From assembly GCA_015485525.1 (NCBI GenBank), contig WFTM01000433.1, forward strand, positions 1 through 32,000: 32,000 bases of DNA. The letters run 5' to 3'. The translations under genes were made by a program, and so were the position numbers. Below the pieces are notes generated by a model. That model was not told the DNA's origin. It did not search any database and worked only from the letters and a program-made list of their open reading frames with translations. The stretch comes from Candidatus Zhuqueibacterota bacterium (GTDB lineage: Bacteria > Zhuqueibacterota > Zhuqueibacteria > Zhuqueibacterales > Geothermadaptataceae). Positions 1 through 7,632 of this stretch are shown here, piece by piece (position 1 is the first letter of the stretch; every line of letters starts with the position of its first letter).

Positions 1-722
1 CGGGGGATGACAAAAGCAAAGGGATAGTTGTTCTCGTTGCGCTGCAGCATGATGTCAGGCATATTCCATAATGTAACATCCGTTTCGCCGCGCGCCAGTG
101 CGATGTACAGCAGATTGGGGTTGAGGGTATAAGACGCCGTGTTGCGATCGAGCCGGCGCAACCACTCAAAGCCGGCATCAGGCCGTCCGGTCCGCCGCAG
201 TTCGCGCTGAATTATGGCGGCAAAAATCGCACGCATTGTGCCACTGGCCAGCGGGTCTCGGATGACGATGCGACCGCGCCATTGCGGGTGCAGCAGGTCA
301 TCCCAGTCCTGCGGTGCGCTGCTGCTGTCGAGTTTTTCGCTGTTGTAGGCGATGACTTCAGGGGTGAGAAAAGTGCCGTACCAGCGATCGGCAGAATCGT
401 GATGAGCAGAATCTACTTCCGAGGCCCAGGAAGGGCGATACGGCTGCAGGAGTCCTTCCTCAGCAGCCTGCATGAACAACGGCGCCGGCGCACCCCACCA
501 CAAACTCGCCTGGGGATTGGCCTTCTCGCTGCGGATTCGATCCAGGGCATCCTGCGAGCCCATATCGATGGCATAGACGCGCACCCCGGGGTTCTCCTTT
601 TCGAACAGACGTGCGTATTCGGAGGTCAGCTCCTCACCGTGGGTTGTGTAAATCACCAGCGTCTTTTTTCCATCTCCACACGAGCTCAGAACTATCAGCA
701 GCAGGACAACAGCTGCTTTCAT
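1..722 (-). CDS. ABC transporter periplasmic substrate-binding lipoprotein, Fe(III)/AfuA-FbpA-like family-1 SBP; the C-terminal part lies outside the window
   Basis: Minus-strand ORF running off the left edge, so it is absent from the ORF track. My translation from the ATG at 722-720 reads MKAAVVLLLIVLSSCGDGKKTLVIYTTHGEELTSEYARLFEKENPGVRVYAIDMGSQDALDRIRSEKANPQASLWWGAPAPLFMQAAEEGLLQPYRPSW... It has a lipobox (LSSC). The TLVIYT, WWGAP and RIVIRDPLASGT blocks follow the usual layout of iron(III)-type binding proteins. Plus-strand ORFs 282..827 and 611..910 are antisense shadows of this gene. Confidence 0.75.
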   Translation of the reverse strand, partial: MKAAVVLLLIVLSSCGDGKKTLVIYTTHGEELTSEYARLFEKENPGVRVYAIDMGSQDALDRIRSEKANPQASLWWGAPAPLFMQAAEEGLLQPYRPSWASEVDSAHHDSADRWYGTFLTPEVIAYNSEKLDSSSAPQDWDDLLHPQWRGRIVIRDPLASGTMRAIFAAIIQRELRRTGRPDAGFEWLRRLDRNTASYTLNPNLLYIALARGETDVTLWNMPDIMLQRNENNYPFAFVIP

Positions 723-863
723 CGCTATATTCACTTCAGAACTCCTGTTTTTTGCGCAAATATCGGTTCAAAACCATGCTCAGGTTGGGCCACAAAAAGC
801 GTCTTGCATCCTTTTCCTGCGATATGACCCGAAAAATCAGTCCGGCGTTGTATGCTGCCGGCA

Positions 864-897
864 GCAACAAAAAAAGCCGAGAAAAACTCGGCTTAAA
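864..897 (-). terminator. Rho-independent terminator downstream of the 949..1359 gene
   Basis: The plus strand reads aaaaaAGCCGAGaaaaaCTCGGCTtaaaata (stem 875-881 / 887-893). On the minus strand the hairpin is followed by tttttttgttg. Confidence 0.7.
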
Positions 898-948
898 ATA
901 TCATGTGTGAACCAGGCCACCGTATCGGATCATCAGAGTGGACCAGAG

Positions 949-1359
949 TTAGCGGCTTGTTTGCGGCTCAAAAGTAAAATTGTATTTCTGGTAAGTATAA
1001 AGCCCCGGTCCGTCTTCCCTGATCTGCAGGATACGGTAGTAGATACGACCTCGCTCAGCAGGATGGTCCACAAAACGGTAGGAAAAGCCAGCAGTCCCGG
1101 CATCGAATCCATGCGCCGGAACATAACCAGCCTTGACAAAACCGCTGCTGTCCGTTCTTCGCTCGATCTGATAGCCCGTAATGCCTGTTTCGTCGCTGGC
1201 CTCCCACTCGACCAATACCGTTTCGGGGCCGAAATGCCTCACATCGATCGTGAAATTGTTTTGCACATTTTCGTAGCTGGTATATTCGGTCTTGATCGAA
1301 ATCGGAACCCCGATTACGAGAACAAGAACGACCAGCAGAAATAATCGGCACTTACTCAT
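949..1359 (-). CDS. Small secreted or membrane-anchored protein with an Fn3-like domain
   Basis: This is track ORF 949..1476. I moved the start to the ATG at 1359 (MSKCRLFLLVVLVLVIGVPISI, a hydrophobic signal/anchor). The block VLVEWEASDETGITGYQIERR is a typical fibronectin-III-like strand pattern. The 39 upstream codons look non-coding. Confidence 0.6.
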   Translation of the reverse strand: MSKCRLFLLVVLVLVIGVPISIKTEYTSYENVQNNFTIDVRHFGPETVLVEWEASDETGITGYQIERRTDSSGFVKAGYVPAHGFDAGTAGFSYRFVDHPAERGRIYYRILQIREDGPGLYTYQKYNFTFEPQTSR

Positions 1360-1711
1360 AGGTATGGTCTGTAGCCTTAAAAATTCGTGAATTTTGCAAA
1401 ATTCCATCTCACCCCGATGTTGCACACAGACGCATTGCATACGAGGCGAGCCAGTTTCGATCAAAAACGAACCCAAAGATAAGGCTTTTCAGGAAATAAG
1501 CAAGTTTTTTCGTATCAATACGACTGTTCCGGAAGCGAACGGCAGGCCAAGAAAGGTTGCACGACCAACCTGAGTGATTTCTTATTTTGAACAAAAGAAG
1601 CCGTTTGATATGGAAAGTTTATCTTTACCTGTCCCATAGGGTCTGAGTATCTCGTCCATACATTTGGGCTGAAGCCAGGTTTCACCGCAAAGACGCGAAC
1701 TGCGCGAAGCG

Positions 1712-1928
1712 GTCTGGCTATCCATTTGACTCAGCAATGTTGCATTTTTTCAGCCAGACCGCCAGAACACAGCACGTGCCTGCACCAGAACGGTCATTCC
1801 GGTTTCCCCGCAGGGAAAGACCGGACTCTGGCACGTGCCCGAAAAGATGAGATTCAGGCACGGCGCTGCGCCTGGCCGGAATGACAGATGTCGGAATCTG
1901 AGCCGGGCATGGGTTGCTGAGTAAACTG
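1712..1928 (+). repeat. Family A repeat, copy A1: MITE-like element with terminal inverted repeats and internal nested hairpins
   Basis: It aligns along its full length with 31188..31416. The left end is gtctggctatccatttgactcagca and the right end tgctgagtaaactgg (inverted). Internal hairpins are tccggtttcccc-gca-gggaaagaccgga and attcaggc...gccggaat, plus a long-range inverted pair gtcattccgg / ccggaatgac. Confidence 0.8.
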
Positions 1929-2144
1929 GGCACCCGGGCATTTCTGCGAACGTCACCTTTTTTCCCTTTGCGCCCTTGGCGTCTTAGCGGTTCAAAAAAA
2001 TGCACAGATGATATTGAAACTCAGCAACCGGAACGGTTCCATCGTTTCGGGTATGAGATCAAACGGGTGGGATACGGAAAAGCATCACAACGAACGTCCC
2101 CAAACTCTTGCCAGATCAATGCGGTACTGCGGAACGCAGGTGTA

Positions 2145-2783
2145 TCATTTCACCAGCAAACTGACGCGCCGGTTGACGGGCAGGCCACGTCTGGTTTCAT
2201 CTTCCGGTTCACGCAACCGGGTATCGGCAAACCCCACTGCGACGAAGCGCTGCGGTACAAGCCCGTGATCGATCAGATAGCGGATTACGCGAGCGGAGCG
2301 CGCTGTGGAGAGCTCCCAGTTCGATGGATAGATCGCGTTTTTTGACAGAGGCAGGGTATCGGTGTGGCCCTCGACCTGGATGCTGCGGTCGGCGACTTCT
2401 GGTGTACGAAATATGGCTGCAATAGCGTCGAGCACAGGCCCTGCCTCTTCCTTCAATTCTGCCCGGCCGGAGGCGAAGAGAATCTTGTCCTGAAAATTCA
2501 GCAGCAGGCCATCTTTGGTCAGCTCAACATCGACACTTTCCTGCAACTGATATTCGGCGATGAGCTGCTGGAGTTTTTCTTCCAGTTGGTGCAGAGGCAT
2601 CTGGCGGCTCTCGCTGAAGTATTCCATGATCATCTCAAATTTGCTCTGATCAACCTGCGAGATGGCAAAAAAGAGCACAAAAAAAGCCAGCAGCAGCGTC
2701 ACGAGATCGCTGAAAGAGAGCAGCCAGGGTTGATCATCAGCAGCAGGCTGCCGGCGCAGGAGTTCGGGCATTTCGATTTGCAT
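2145..2783 (-). CDS. motB: MotB-type stator subunit: OmpA-like peptidoglycan-binding domain plus an N-terminal TM helix carrying the conserved Asp
   Basis: This is track ORF 2145..2894. I moved the start to the ATG at 2783 (MQIEMPELL), 4 nt after the MotA stop. The TM segment PWLLSFSDLVTLLLAFFVLFFAIS contains the MotB/ExbD-type protonatable Asp. The C-terminus IQVEGHTDTLPL...NWELSTARSARVIRYL...NRRVSLLV is an OmpA-family domain. Confidence 0.85.
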   Translation of the reverse strand: MQIEMPELLRRQPAADDQPWLLSFSDLVTLLLAFFVLFFAISQVDQSKFEMIMEYFSESRQMPLHQLEEKLQQLIAEYQLQESVDVELTKDGLLLNFQDKILFASGRAELKEEAGPVLDAIAAIFRTPEVADRSIQVEGHTDTLPLSKNAIYPSNWELSTARSARVIRYLIDHGLVPQRFVAVGFADTRLREPEDETRRGLPVNRRVSLLVK

Positions 2784-2787
2784 GGCC

Positions 2788-3594
2788 TTACGCTGCCTTT
2801 CTGATTTTCCTGCGCGCGCCGCTGTCCGCTCGGCTGAGCTTGAACCGCTCGGCCGGACTGAGCAGAGCAGCGAGTTTATCGCGGACGTACACATAATTCT
2901 GCTTATCGTACATCATCAGTACAGCCTCTACCTGCAGGGTTTCGTGCAGCAGATTTGCCTCCGCACGCTCCTTGATCTTGGCAGCAATCGGCGCAAAAAT
3001 CATATTGGAAAGAATCAGGCCGTAGAACGTCGTGGTCAGCGCGATCGCCAAACCGATGCCAACCTGCCCGGGCTGTTCCTGAAGTGTCATCAGCATATTG
3101 ATCAGACCGATCAGCGTGCCGATCATACCAAAGGCCGGTGCGATCCTGCTCATGGTCTGAAACAGCTCGCTCTGCTTGTGCTCGCGGACCATTTTCCAGC
3201 GTACATGGTCTTCGAGAATAGCCCTGGCCTCTTCGCGCGTGTAGCTGTTCGCGAGCATGGACAAGCCATCTTTAAGCACCCACAAGCCATTGAGATTCTT
3301 AATTTTTTCGCTCAACGCCTGCACGCCTTCTTTCTGAAAAATCCGCACAGCCATGACGATATTTTCGATCGCCTTGACATTGTCGTGCACGCCGGAACGG
3401 AAGATGACAAAATAACTCTTGAACCCTCGCAGGACTTCCGGGAAAGGAAACGAAACAAAGGTTGCCGCAATGGTGCCGCCCAGCACGATAGCAAGGCCCT
3501 GCCAGTTGACGAAAACCTCGGGCTCGGCGTTGCCGCTCAGGATGCCGGCGATAACGAGAAACCCGCCGACGAGTATTCCGAATAGTGTAGCCAA
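2788..3594 (-). CDS. motA: MotA/PomA-type stator channel subunit (4-TM MotA/TolQ/ExbB family)
   Basis: 268 aa. There are two N-terminal TM helices, a cytoplasmic loop of about 100 aa, then PAFGMIGTLIGLINML and LTTTFYGLILSNMIFAPIAAKI, the family signature helices. The tail is MotA-like. The start codon is TTG at 3594-3592, preceded by gaggagag 8 nt upstream, and an in-frame stop lies 4 codons upstream, so no ATG alternative exists. Confidence 0.85.
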   Translation of the reverse strand: MATLFGILVGGFLVIAGILSGNAEPEVFVNWQGLAIVLGGTIAATFVSFPFPEVLRGFKSYFVIFRSGVHDNVKAIENIVMAVRIFQKEGVQALSEKIKNLNGLWVLKDGLSMLANSYTREEARAILEDHVRWKMVREHKQSELFQTMSRIAPAFGMIGTLIGLINMLMTLQEQPGQVGIGLAIALTTTFYGLILSNMIFAPIAAKIKERAEANLLHETLQVEAVLMMYDKQNYVYVRDKLAALLSPAERFKLSRADSGARRKIRKAA

Positions 3595-3711
3595 AGTGAT
3601 CTCTCCTCAAAAATTGAACGCCAGAACACAGCGTTGCGCCGGAACCAGCGGATATTCAGGGAATGATAAGAGCGTGGCCGGTGCTGCACAGGCACAGGCT
3701 GCCTTTTCCTC

Positions 3712-4404
3712 TTACTCTGCCGTGCGTACTGCATCCTTCTTGAACCGCGCCACCAGTTGCTTGATCTCATCGAGACCGGGGTTGATCTGCAGGGCGTTTT
3801 CCCACGCCCGTACAGCTTCTGCAACATCGCCGTTGACGAAATAGATCGACCCGCCCAGGGCATAAGCCGAAGCGGTCTCCTGTTTTTTCAGGGAAGCATT
3901 GAGCACGCTCAGCGCCTGTTCATATTTTTGCTGATAAAAGAGCTTCTGCGCCAGATTGATATCCCGGATGATGTCATCGGTGAGGTTCTCATCCGCAAAA
4001 CGGAAGTCTCCGCGCTCCAGTTCCGTATTCAGGCTGTCGGCTGGTGGTGATGCAGGATCACCGGTGAGCAGGCTGTCGCCGTGGGTGATCTCAAGCTCTC
4101 CTTCGCCGCGTTTCAGCTCAAGGTTGAGATTGGTCTGCAGCGGGTCCAGCACCATTTCCACTTCGGTGTCGTTCTGCTTGAACCGTATGTTGAGGTAGGG
4201 ATAGCTGACGGTTTTTTTCAAAACCGACCCGTCCAGCTCAGTGGTCATATAGTTCCGTTTTGCCGCGCTGGTGTCGGGCAGGTCCGCCACGAGTCGCTTC
4301 TCTTCCTGCACGTGCTGCACAACCGTCTCCTTTTTACCGGCACACCCGGCGAGCACGAGAGCGGAAAAGAACAACACACTGTATCGTTGTTGTCGAAAAG
4401 GCAT
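3712..4404 (-). CDS. TPR-repeat lipoprotein
   Basis: MPFRQQRYSVLFFSALVLAGCAGKK carries a lipobox (LAGC). The C-terminal segment YEQALSVLNASLKKQETASAYALGGSIYFVNGDVAEAVRAWENALQINP has TPR character. Confidence 0.75.
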   Translation of the reverse strand: MPFRQQRYSVLFFSALVLAGCAGKKETVVQHVQEEKRLVADLPDTSAAKRNYMTTELDGSVLKKTVSYPYLNIRFKQNDTEVEMVLDPLQTNLNLELKRGEGELEITHGDSLLTGDPASPPADSLNTELERGDFRFADENLTDDIIRDINLAQKLFYQQKYEQALSVLNASLKKQETASAYALGGSIYFVNGDVAEAVRAWENALQINPGLDEIKQLVARFKKDAVRTAE

Positions 4405-4491
4405 GGCCTGTTCCTCTGCGTTTGAAAGTCTGGGAAGTAACCTGAAATTATATTTGACGTCGGGCCCGGCAGTCGGTTTATGATCCGTGGC

Positions 4492-5625
4492 TCAAAACGT
4501 GTACTGCAGCATGAAAATCTCATACTGCAAACCGTTGATGCGCATCTTGTAGGCAACCTGCCCCTGCTCCAGTGGTACGCCAAGAAATTCCTGTCCCATG
4601 ATCAGATTGAAACCGGTGGAAAAGGAAAAATGCTCGCCGACATCGGTGCGCAGGCCCAGTCCGAGCCCAGTGACATCAGGCATATTCAGGGTGAAATAAC
4701 GGGTCAGAGACAGGTAGAAGGACAGCCAGTCGCTGGTAGCACTCTTCCGGTTTTCGATCAGTGTGGAATAGATCAGCGAGCGCAGGTTATACGACACCGG
4801 ACGGGCTGCCGAGATGCCGTCTTTGCCTTCGGCATAAAAGGAATTGCCGGCGAACTGATCACTGGACAGGCGGACACCTTCGTTCAAAAAAGACAGGCCG
4901 ACACGCAGCTCATAGCGCAGGCGGCTTTTTTCCCAGAGATAATGAAAGACCCCCACATACAAAGACTGATGCGTGATCTTGCCGGAAAAATCTGAGCGCA
5001 GAGCCGTTTCTGCCGCAGCTTCCAGCTCGACGGGGAACACCTCGACACCGCCGATAAAAGAAAATTTGAACGGATTGTTTGAAGGCATACGCATCTGTTC
5101 ATAGGCAGCGAAAGAGCCGGCCCAGAGGACTTCATTGGTGCCGGTGCGGTTCAGGCGCAGATCGAGCATCAGGGCTTTGTCCGGCACATAAGCGAGGTTG
5201 CCTTCGAAGTAGGCATCCACACGCAGGCTGCGGCTGACGCGCCAGAGCTCCCCCGGCGAGGGCAGCGCATTGATGATGGTAAAAGAGGTATCTGTCGAAG
5301 AAATCTTCAGCGTATTGAGCTCCGGCAGGGTCACAACTTTCGGCGTGTCGAGCTGGCGCAGTACTTCGACCAGCCGGTTGCGGAAGTGGTCGCGCAGAGG
5401 CGGTGGAAACCAGGCCTGGTCAGCCTGAATGCGGTACACCGCAACCCGGCCCAGAGTCGGGTCTATGGTGTCGATTTTTTTAGCGACTTCGTCGAGGACT
5501 TCCTCCATCAAGGCCAGCAGCAGGGTGTTGTTATCTTCAGCTTCCTGCCTGGCCGGGGCCTCTCCCGCACCGAAGAGTGCGACACAAACGACAGCGAGTA
5601 CGAACATTTTATTGATCGATTTCAT
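4492..5625 (-). CDS. Outer-membrane beta-barrel protein with an N-terminal periplasmic alpha/beta domain (CsgG/FlgO/TolB-N-like pattern)
   Basis: The signal peptide is MKSINKMFVLAVVCVALFGAGEAPA. The C-terminal half has alternating amphipathic strands and ends in ...EIFMLQYTF, an OMP beta-signal with terminal Phe. The N-terminal block RVAVYRI...VDAYFEGNLAYVPDKALMLDLRLNRTGTNEVLW resembles the domain of the 14675..15400 protein. The start codon lies 4 nt after the stop of the FliG-like gene. Confidence 0.65.
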   Translation of the reverse strand: MKSINKMFVLAVVCVALFGAGEAPARQEAEDNNTLLLALMEEVLDEVAKKIDTIDPTLGRVAVYRIQADQAWFPPPLRDHFRNRLVEVLRQLDTPKVVTLPELNTLKISSTDTSFTIINALPSPGELWRVSRSLRVDAYFEGNLAYVPDKALMLDLRLNRTGTNEVLWAGSFAAYEQMRMPSNNPFKFSFIGGVEVFPVELEAAAETALRSDFSGKITHQSLYVGVFHYLWEKSRLRYELRVGLSFLNEGVRLSSDQFAGNSFYAEGKDGISAARPVSYNLRSLIYSTLIENRKSATSDWLSFYLSLTRYFTLNMPDVTGLGLGLRTDVGEHFSFSTGFNLIMGQEFLGVPLEQGQVAYKMRINGLQYEIFMLQYTF

Positions 5626-5629
5626 GATA

Positions 5630-7453
5630 TCAGCTCACAATCCTTGTCTCATCCTGATTCCCGGGTTTATGATTTTCGCGCACAGCCCTGAGAACCTGCC
5701 TGCGGGCTCGGGCGACGTCATCTTCCGGCGCGTCCTGATTCGCCTCAATGCTCGCCTGTACCAGCTCGGCGAGTTTGTCCGGCAGTGAGGAGATAATCTT
5801 CCCGACGACTTCATCATCAACGCGCACCAGAGATTTGGCCAGAAGCTCGCGATCAACAGCAAAGGCGTACTCGCGCAGTTTTTCGCCGGGCAACTCGACA
5901 AAATCGTTGAAGGTCAGGAAGCGGCGGCGCACACGTTGGGCCAGGTCCATGTCCTGCGTCTCAATCCACGCCAGTGTTTCTTCCTGCTCCTGCTCGTCCA
6001 TGGTTTCGAGAATATCGAGCAGTGCTTCGAGCCCGTTGGCGCGCACGAAACGCATTTTTTCCAGCTCCCGGGCACGCTCTGCAAGCTGGCGGGCAATTTT
6101 GCGGTAAACATCGCTGGGAATGCGCTCGATGCCGCCCATGGATGCGAGCAGTGAGCGGCGCGCTTCCGGCTCCATGGTTTTCAGAAGTTTTGCCGAGCGC
6201 TCCGGACGCAGTTGTGCCAGCACGATTGCTTTCACACCCGGCTTCAACGGTTTGATCAGATGCTGCAACTGGTCATCACTCATCTGGTAGAGGAATGCCA
6301 GCGCGTCTTCCTCCTCGGCATGTCTGCGCGCCTGAAGCGCCAGAAAGCGCAGGTCCTGATCGAACAGTTTGAGCAGGGCGAGACTACGCTCTTTTTGCTC
6401 TTCTTTATCCAGCCGGTCGAGCTCAAGCTGGATTGCCCCGGAGACTTCAGGCCCGAGATACGGCGAGAGCAGGTCCAACAGGCGCGGCGAAGCAGCCGCG
6501 AGCACGATTGCGGTATCGCGCACGCCCTGCTGGCCGTTTTTCTGCATCCACTGCTGAAAAACGCGCGCTGTTGCAGCCGGCGTTCCGACGATGGCGTCGA
6601 TGGTGGCGGCTTTCATTTCTGTCAGCTCTGAACGCTGTTTTACGGCTTCAGAACGTTGCTTTTCCCGATCCCGGGCAGGGAGCGCATGTGCTGAAGCAGC
6701 AGGGGGATTTTCCGCATTTTCGCCCGCCGGGGGACGCAGATGCCGGACGATCGACCGCAAACCGAACAGGAACAGAGCGACCAGCAGAATAGCCAGGCCG
6801 GCAGCAAAAAAGTATGGAAACCAGGCAGACTGCGCGAGGGCGCTTTCCTCAGCCGGCTTCTGGAGTGGTGAAGCAGGCACTTCATCCTGCTGCTGAAGCT
6901 GATCAGGTTCCTGGGGCTCGGGCTTGACCGGAAAAGGCAATGCTTCGACGCGTACCCGGTCGCCGCGCGAGGGGTCTAATCCGGAAATCAAAGCCACCAG
7001 TTTGCGGATGAAGGTTCTGTCCTGTTCTGAAAAAGCATCATCCACCAGGACGGTGGTGCGGATTCTGTTGATAACAATACCAGCCGGCTGCTGAGCCGTG
7101 TCTGCTGTTTCTTCACGGGCTGAATTCGCCGAAGGCTGGTCCGGGACATAGGGCAACCCGGGCAGATTGGTGATATCGCGGCTGAGCAGCGCATCGGGCA
7201 GTTTCGGCAGATCAGCCTGTGGCGTGCGTTTCTCCAGTTCAACATCAGCCCGAACGACAAATTTATTGTGCGGGAAATATGCCAGCAGGGCATTTTCGAG
7301 GTTCCAGCTCAGGTTTGCCTCCATCGAAGCTTCCAGGGCTTCGACAGAGTGAGCGGGGTAAAGTCTGCTCTGGGCCGGGAGAGCCGGCGGAAGAATATTC
7401 CAGACCAGCAGCAGGAGAACGACTGGTTTGACTGTCCTTTTCACGAGTTCCAT
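5630..7453 (-). CDS. Membrane-anchored FliG-like protein: N-terminal signal/TM, a periplasmic FliF/SctJ-type ring-building-motif-like domain, a second TM, then a cytoplasmic full-length FliG (N, M and C domains)
   Basis: This is track ORF 5630..7753. I moved the start to the ATG at 7453 (MELVKRTVKPVVLLLLVWNILPPALPAQS). The second TM is AWFPYFFAAGLAILLVALFLFGL. The last ~330 aa align colinearly with canonical FliG as I remember it: GVRDTAIVLAAASP (FliG_N); KPGVKAIVLAQLRPERSAKLLKTMEPEARRSLL (FliG_M); RRRFLTFNDFVELPGEKLREYAFAVDRELLAKSL...DDVARARRQVLRAVRE (FliG_C, cf. the MFVFEDI.KLDD..IQ..LREVD pattern). The periplasmic part ends in IRTTVLVDDAFSEQDRTFIRKLVALISGLDPSRGDRVRVEALPF, which resembles the FliF/YscJ RBM terminus (..RGD.v.V...pF). 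Confidence 0.7.
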   Translation of the reverse strand: MELVKRTVKPVVLLLLVWNILPPALPAQSRLYPAHSVEALEASMEANLSWNLENALLAYFPHNKFVVRADVELEKRTPQADLPKLPDALLSRDITNLPGLPYVPDQPSANSAREETADTAQQPAGIVINRIRTTVLVDDAFSEQDRTFIRKLVALISGLDPSRGDRVRVEALPFPVKPEPQEPDQLQQQDEVPASPLQKPAEESALAQSAWFPYFFAAGLAILLVALFLFGLRSIVRHLRPPAGENAENPPAASAHALPARDREKQRSEAVKQRSELTEMKAATIDAIVGTPAATARVFQQWMQKNGQQGVRDTAIVLAAASPRLLDLLSPYLGPEVSGAIQLELDRLDKEEQKERSLALLKLFDQDLRFLALQARRHAEEEDALAFLYQMSDDQLQHLIKPLKPGVKAIVLAQLRPERSAKLLKTMEPEARRSLLASMGGIERIPSDVYRKIARQLAERARELEKMRFVRANGLEALLDILETMDEQEQEETLAWIETQDMDLAQRVRRRFLTFNDFVELPGEKLREYAFAVDRELLAKSLVRVDDEVVGKIISSLPDKLAELVQASIEANQDAPEDDVARARRQVLRAVRENHKPGNQDETRIVS

Positions 7454-7632
7454 CCTGTTCTGTATTTGGTGAAATATACAGGGGATATCGGAACCAGAGG
7501 ACAACTCTTGACTGAGGAGATGATTTTTCACCGTATGAATCGGACCTGGCGAGGCATCCTCATCGTGGGGGTGGTGACCAGCGCTGAGGGTGTAGCAGGC
7601 AGGCGAGGCCTGAGAGGTGCAAAGCGGAAATT

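Noticed and set aside
1704-1710. The GCGAAGC heptamer, known to form a stable DNA mini-hairpin, occurs at 1704, 12379 and 12521 next to or inside the repeats.
   Set aside because: A 7-mer is expected about four times by chance in this window on both strands (4^7 = 16384), so three occurrences are not informative.
1718-2005. ORFs 1718..2005, 1750..1956 and 1914..2345 across repeat A1. Equivalent ORFs at 31252..31467 and 31313..31519 cross A2.
   Set aside because: They are generated by the repeat sequence itself. The frames are not conserved between copies A1 and A2 because of indels.
2782-3585. Long plus-strand ORFs lying opposite confirmed minus-strand genes: 2782..3585, 8353..9249, 9693..10625, 28368..29162, 29462..30886 and others.
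   Set aside because: Stop-poor antisense frames are typical of GC-rich coding DNA. All of these are Arg/Ala/Gly/His-rich with no motifs, while the opposite strand carries clear family signatures.
2145-3594. Alternative readings of MotA/MotB as Zorya ZorAB (anti-phage), TolQR or ExbBD.
   Set aside because: ZorA proteins are much longer, with a long C-terminal tail, and are accompanied by ZorC/D-type genes, none of which are here. TolQ/ExbB are 3-TM and partner with TolR/ExbD, which lack an OmpA domain. The 4-TM layout plus an OmpA-domain B subunit fits MotAB. This was not checked by any search.
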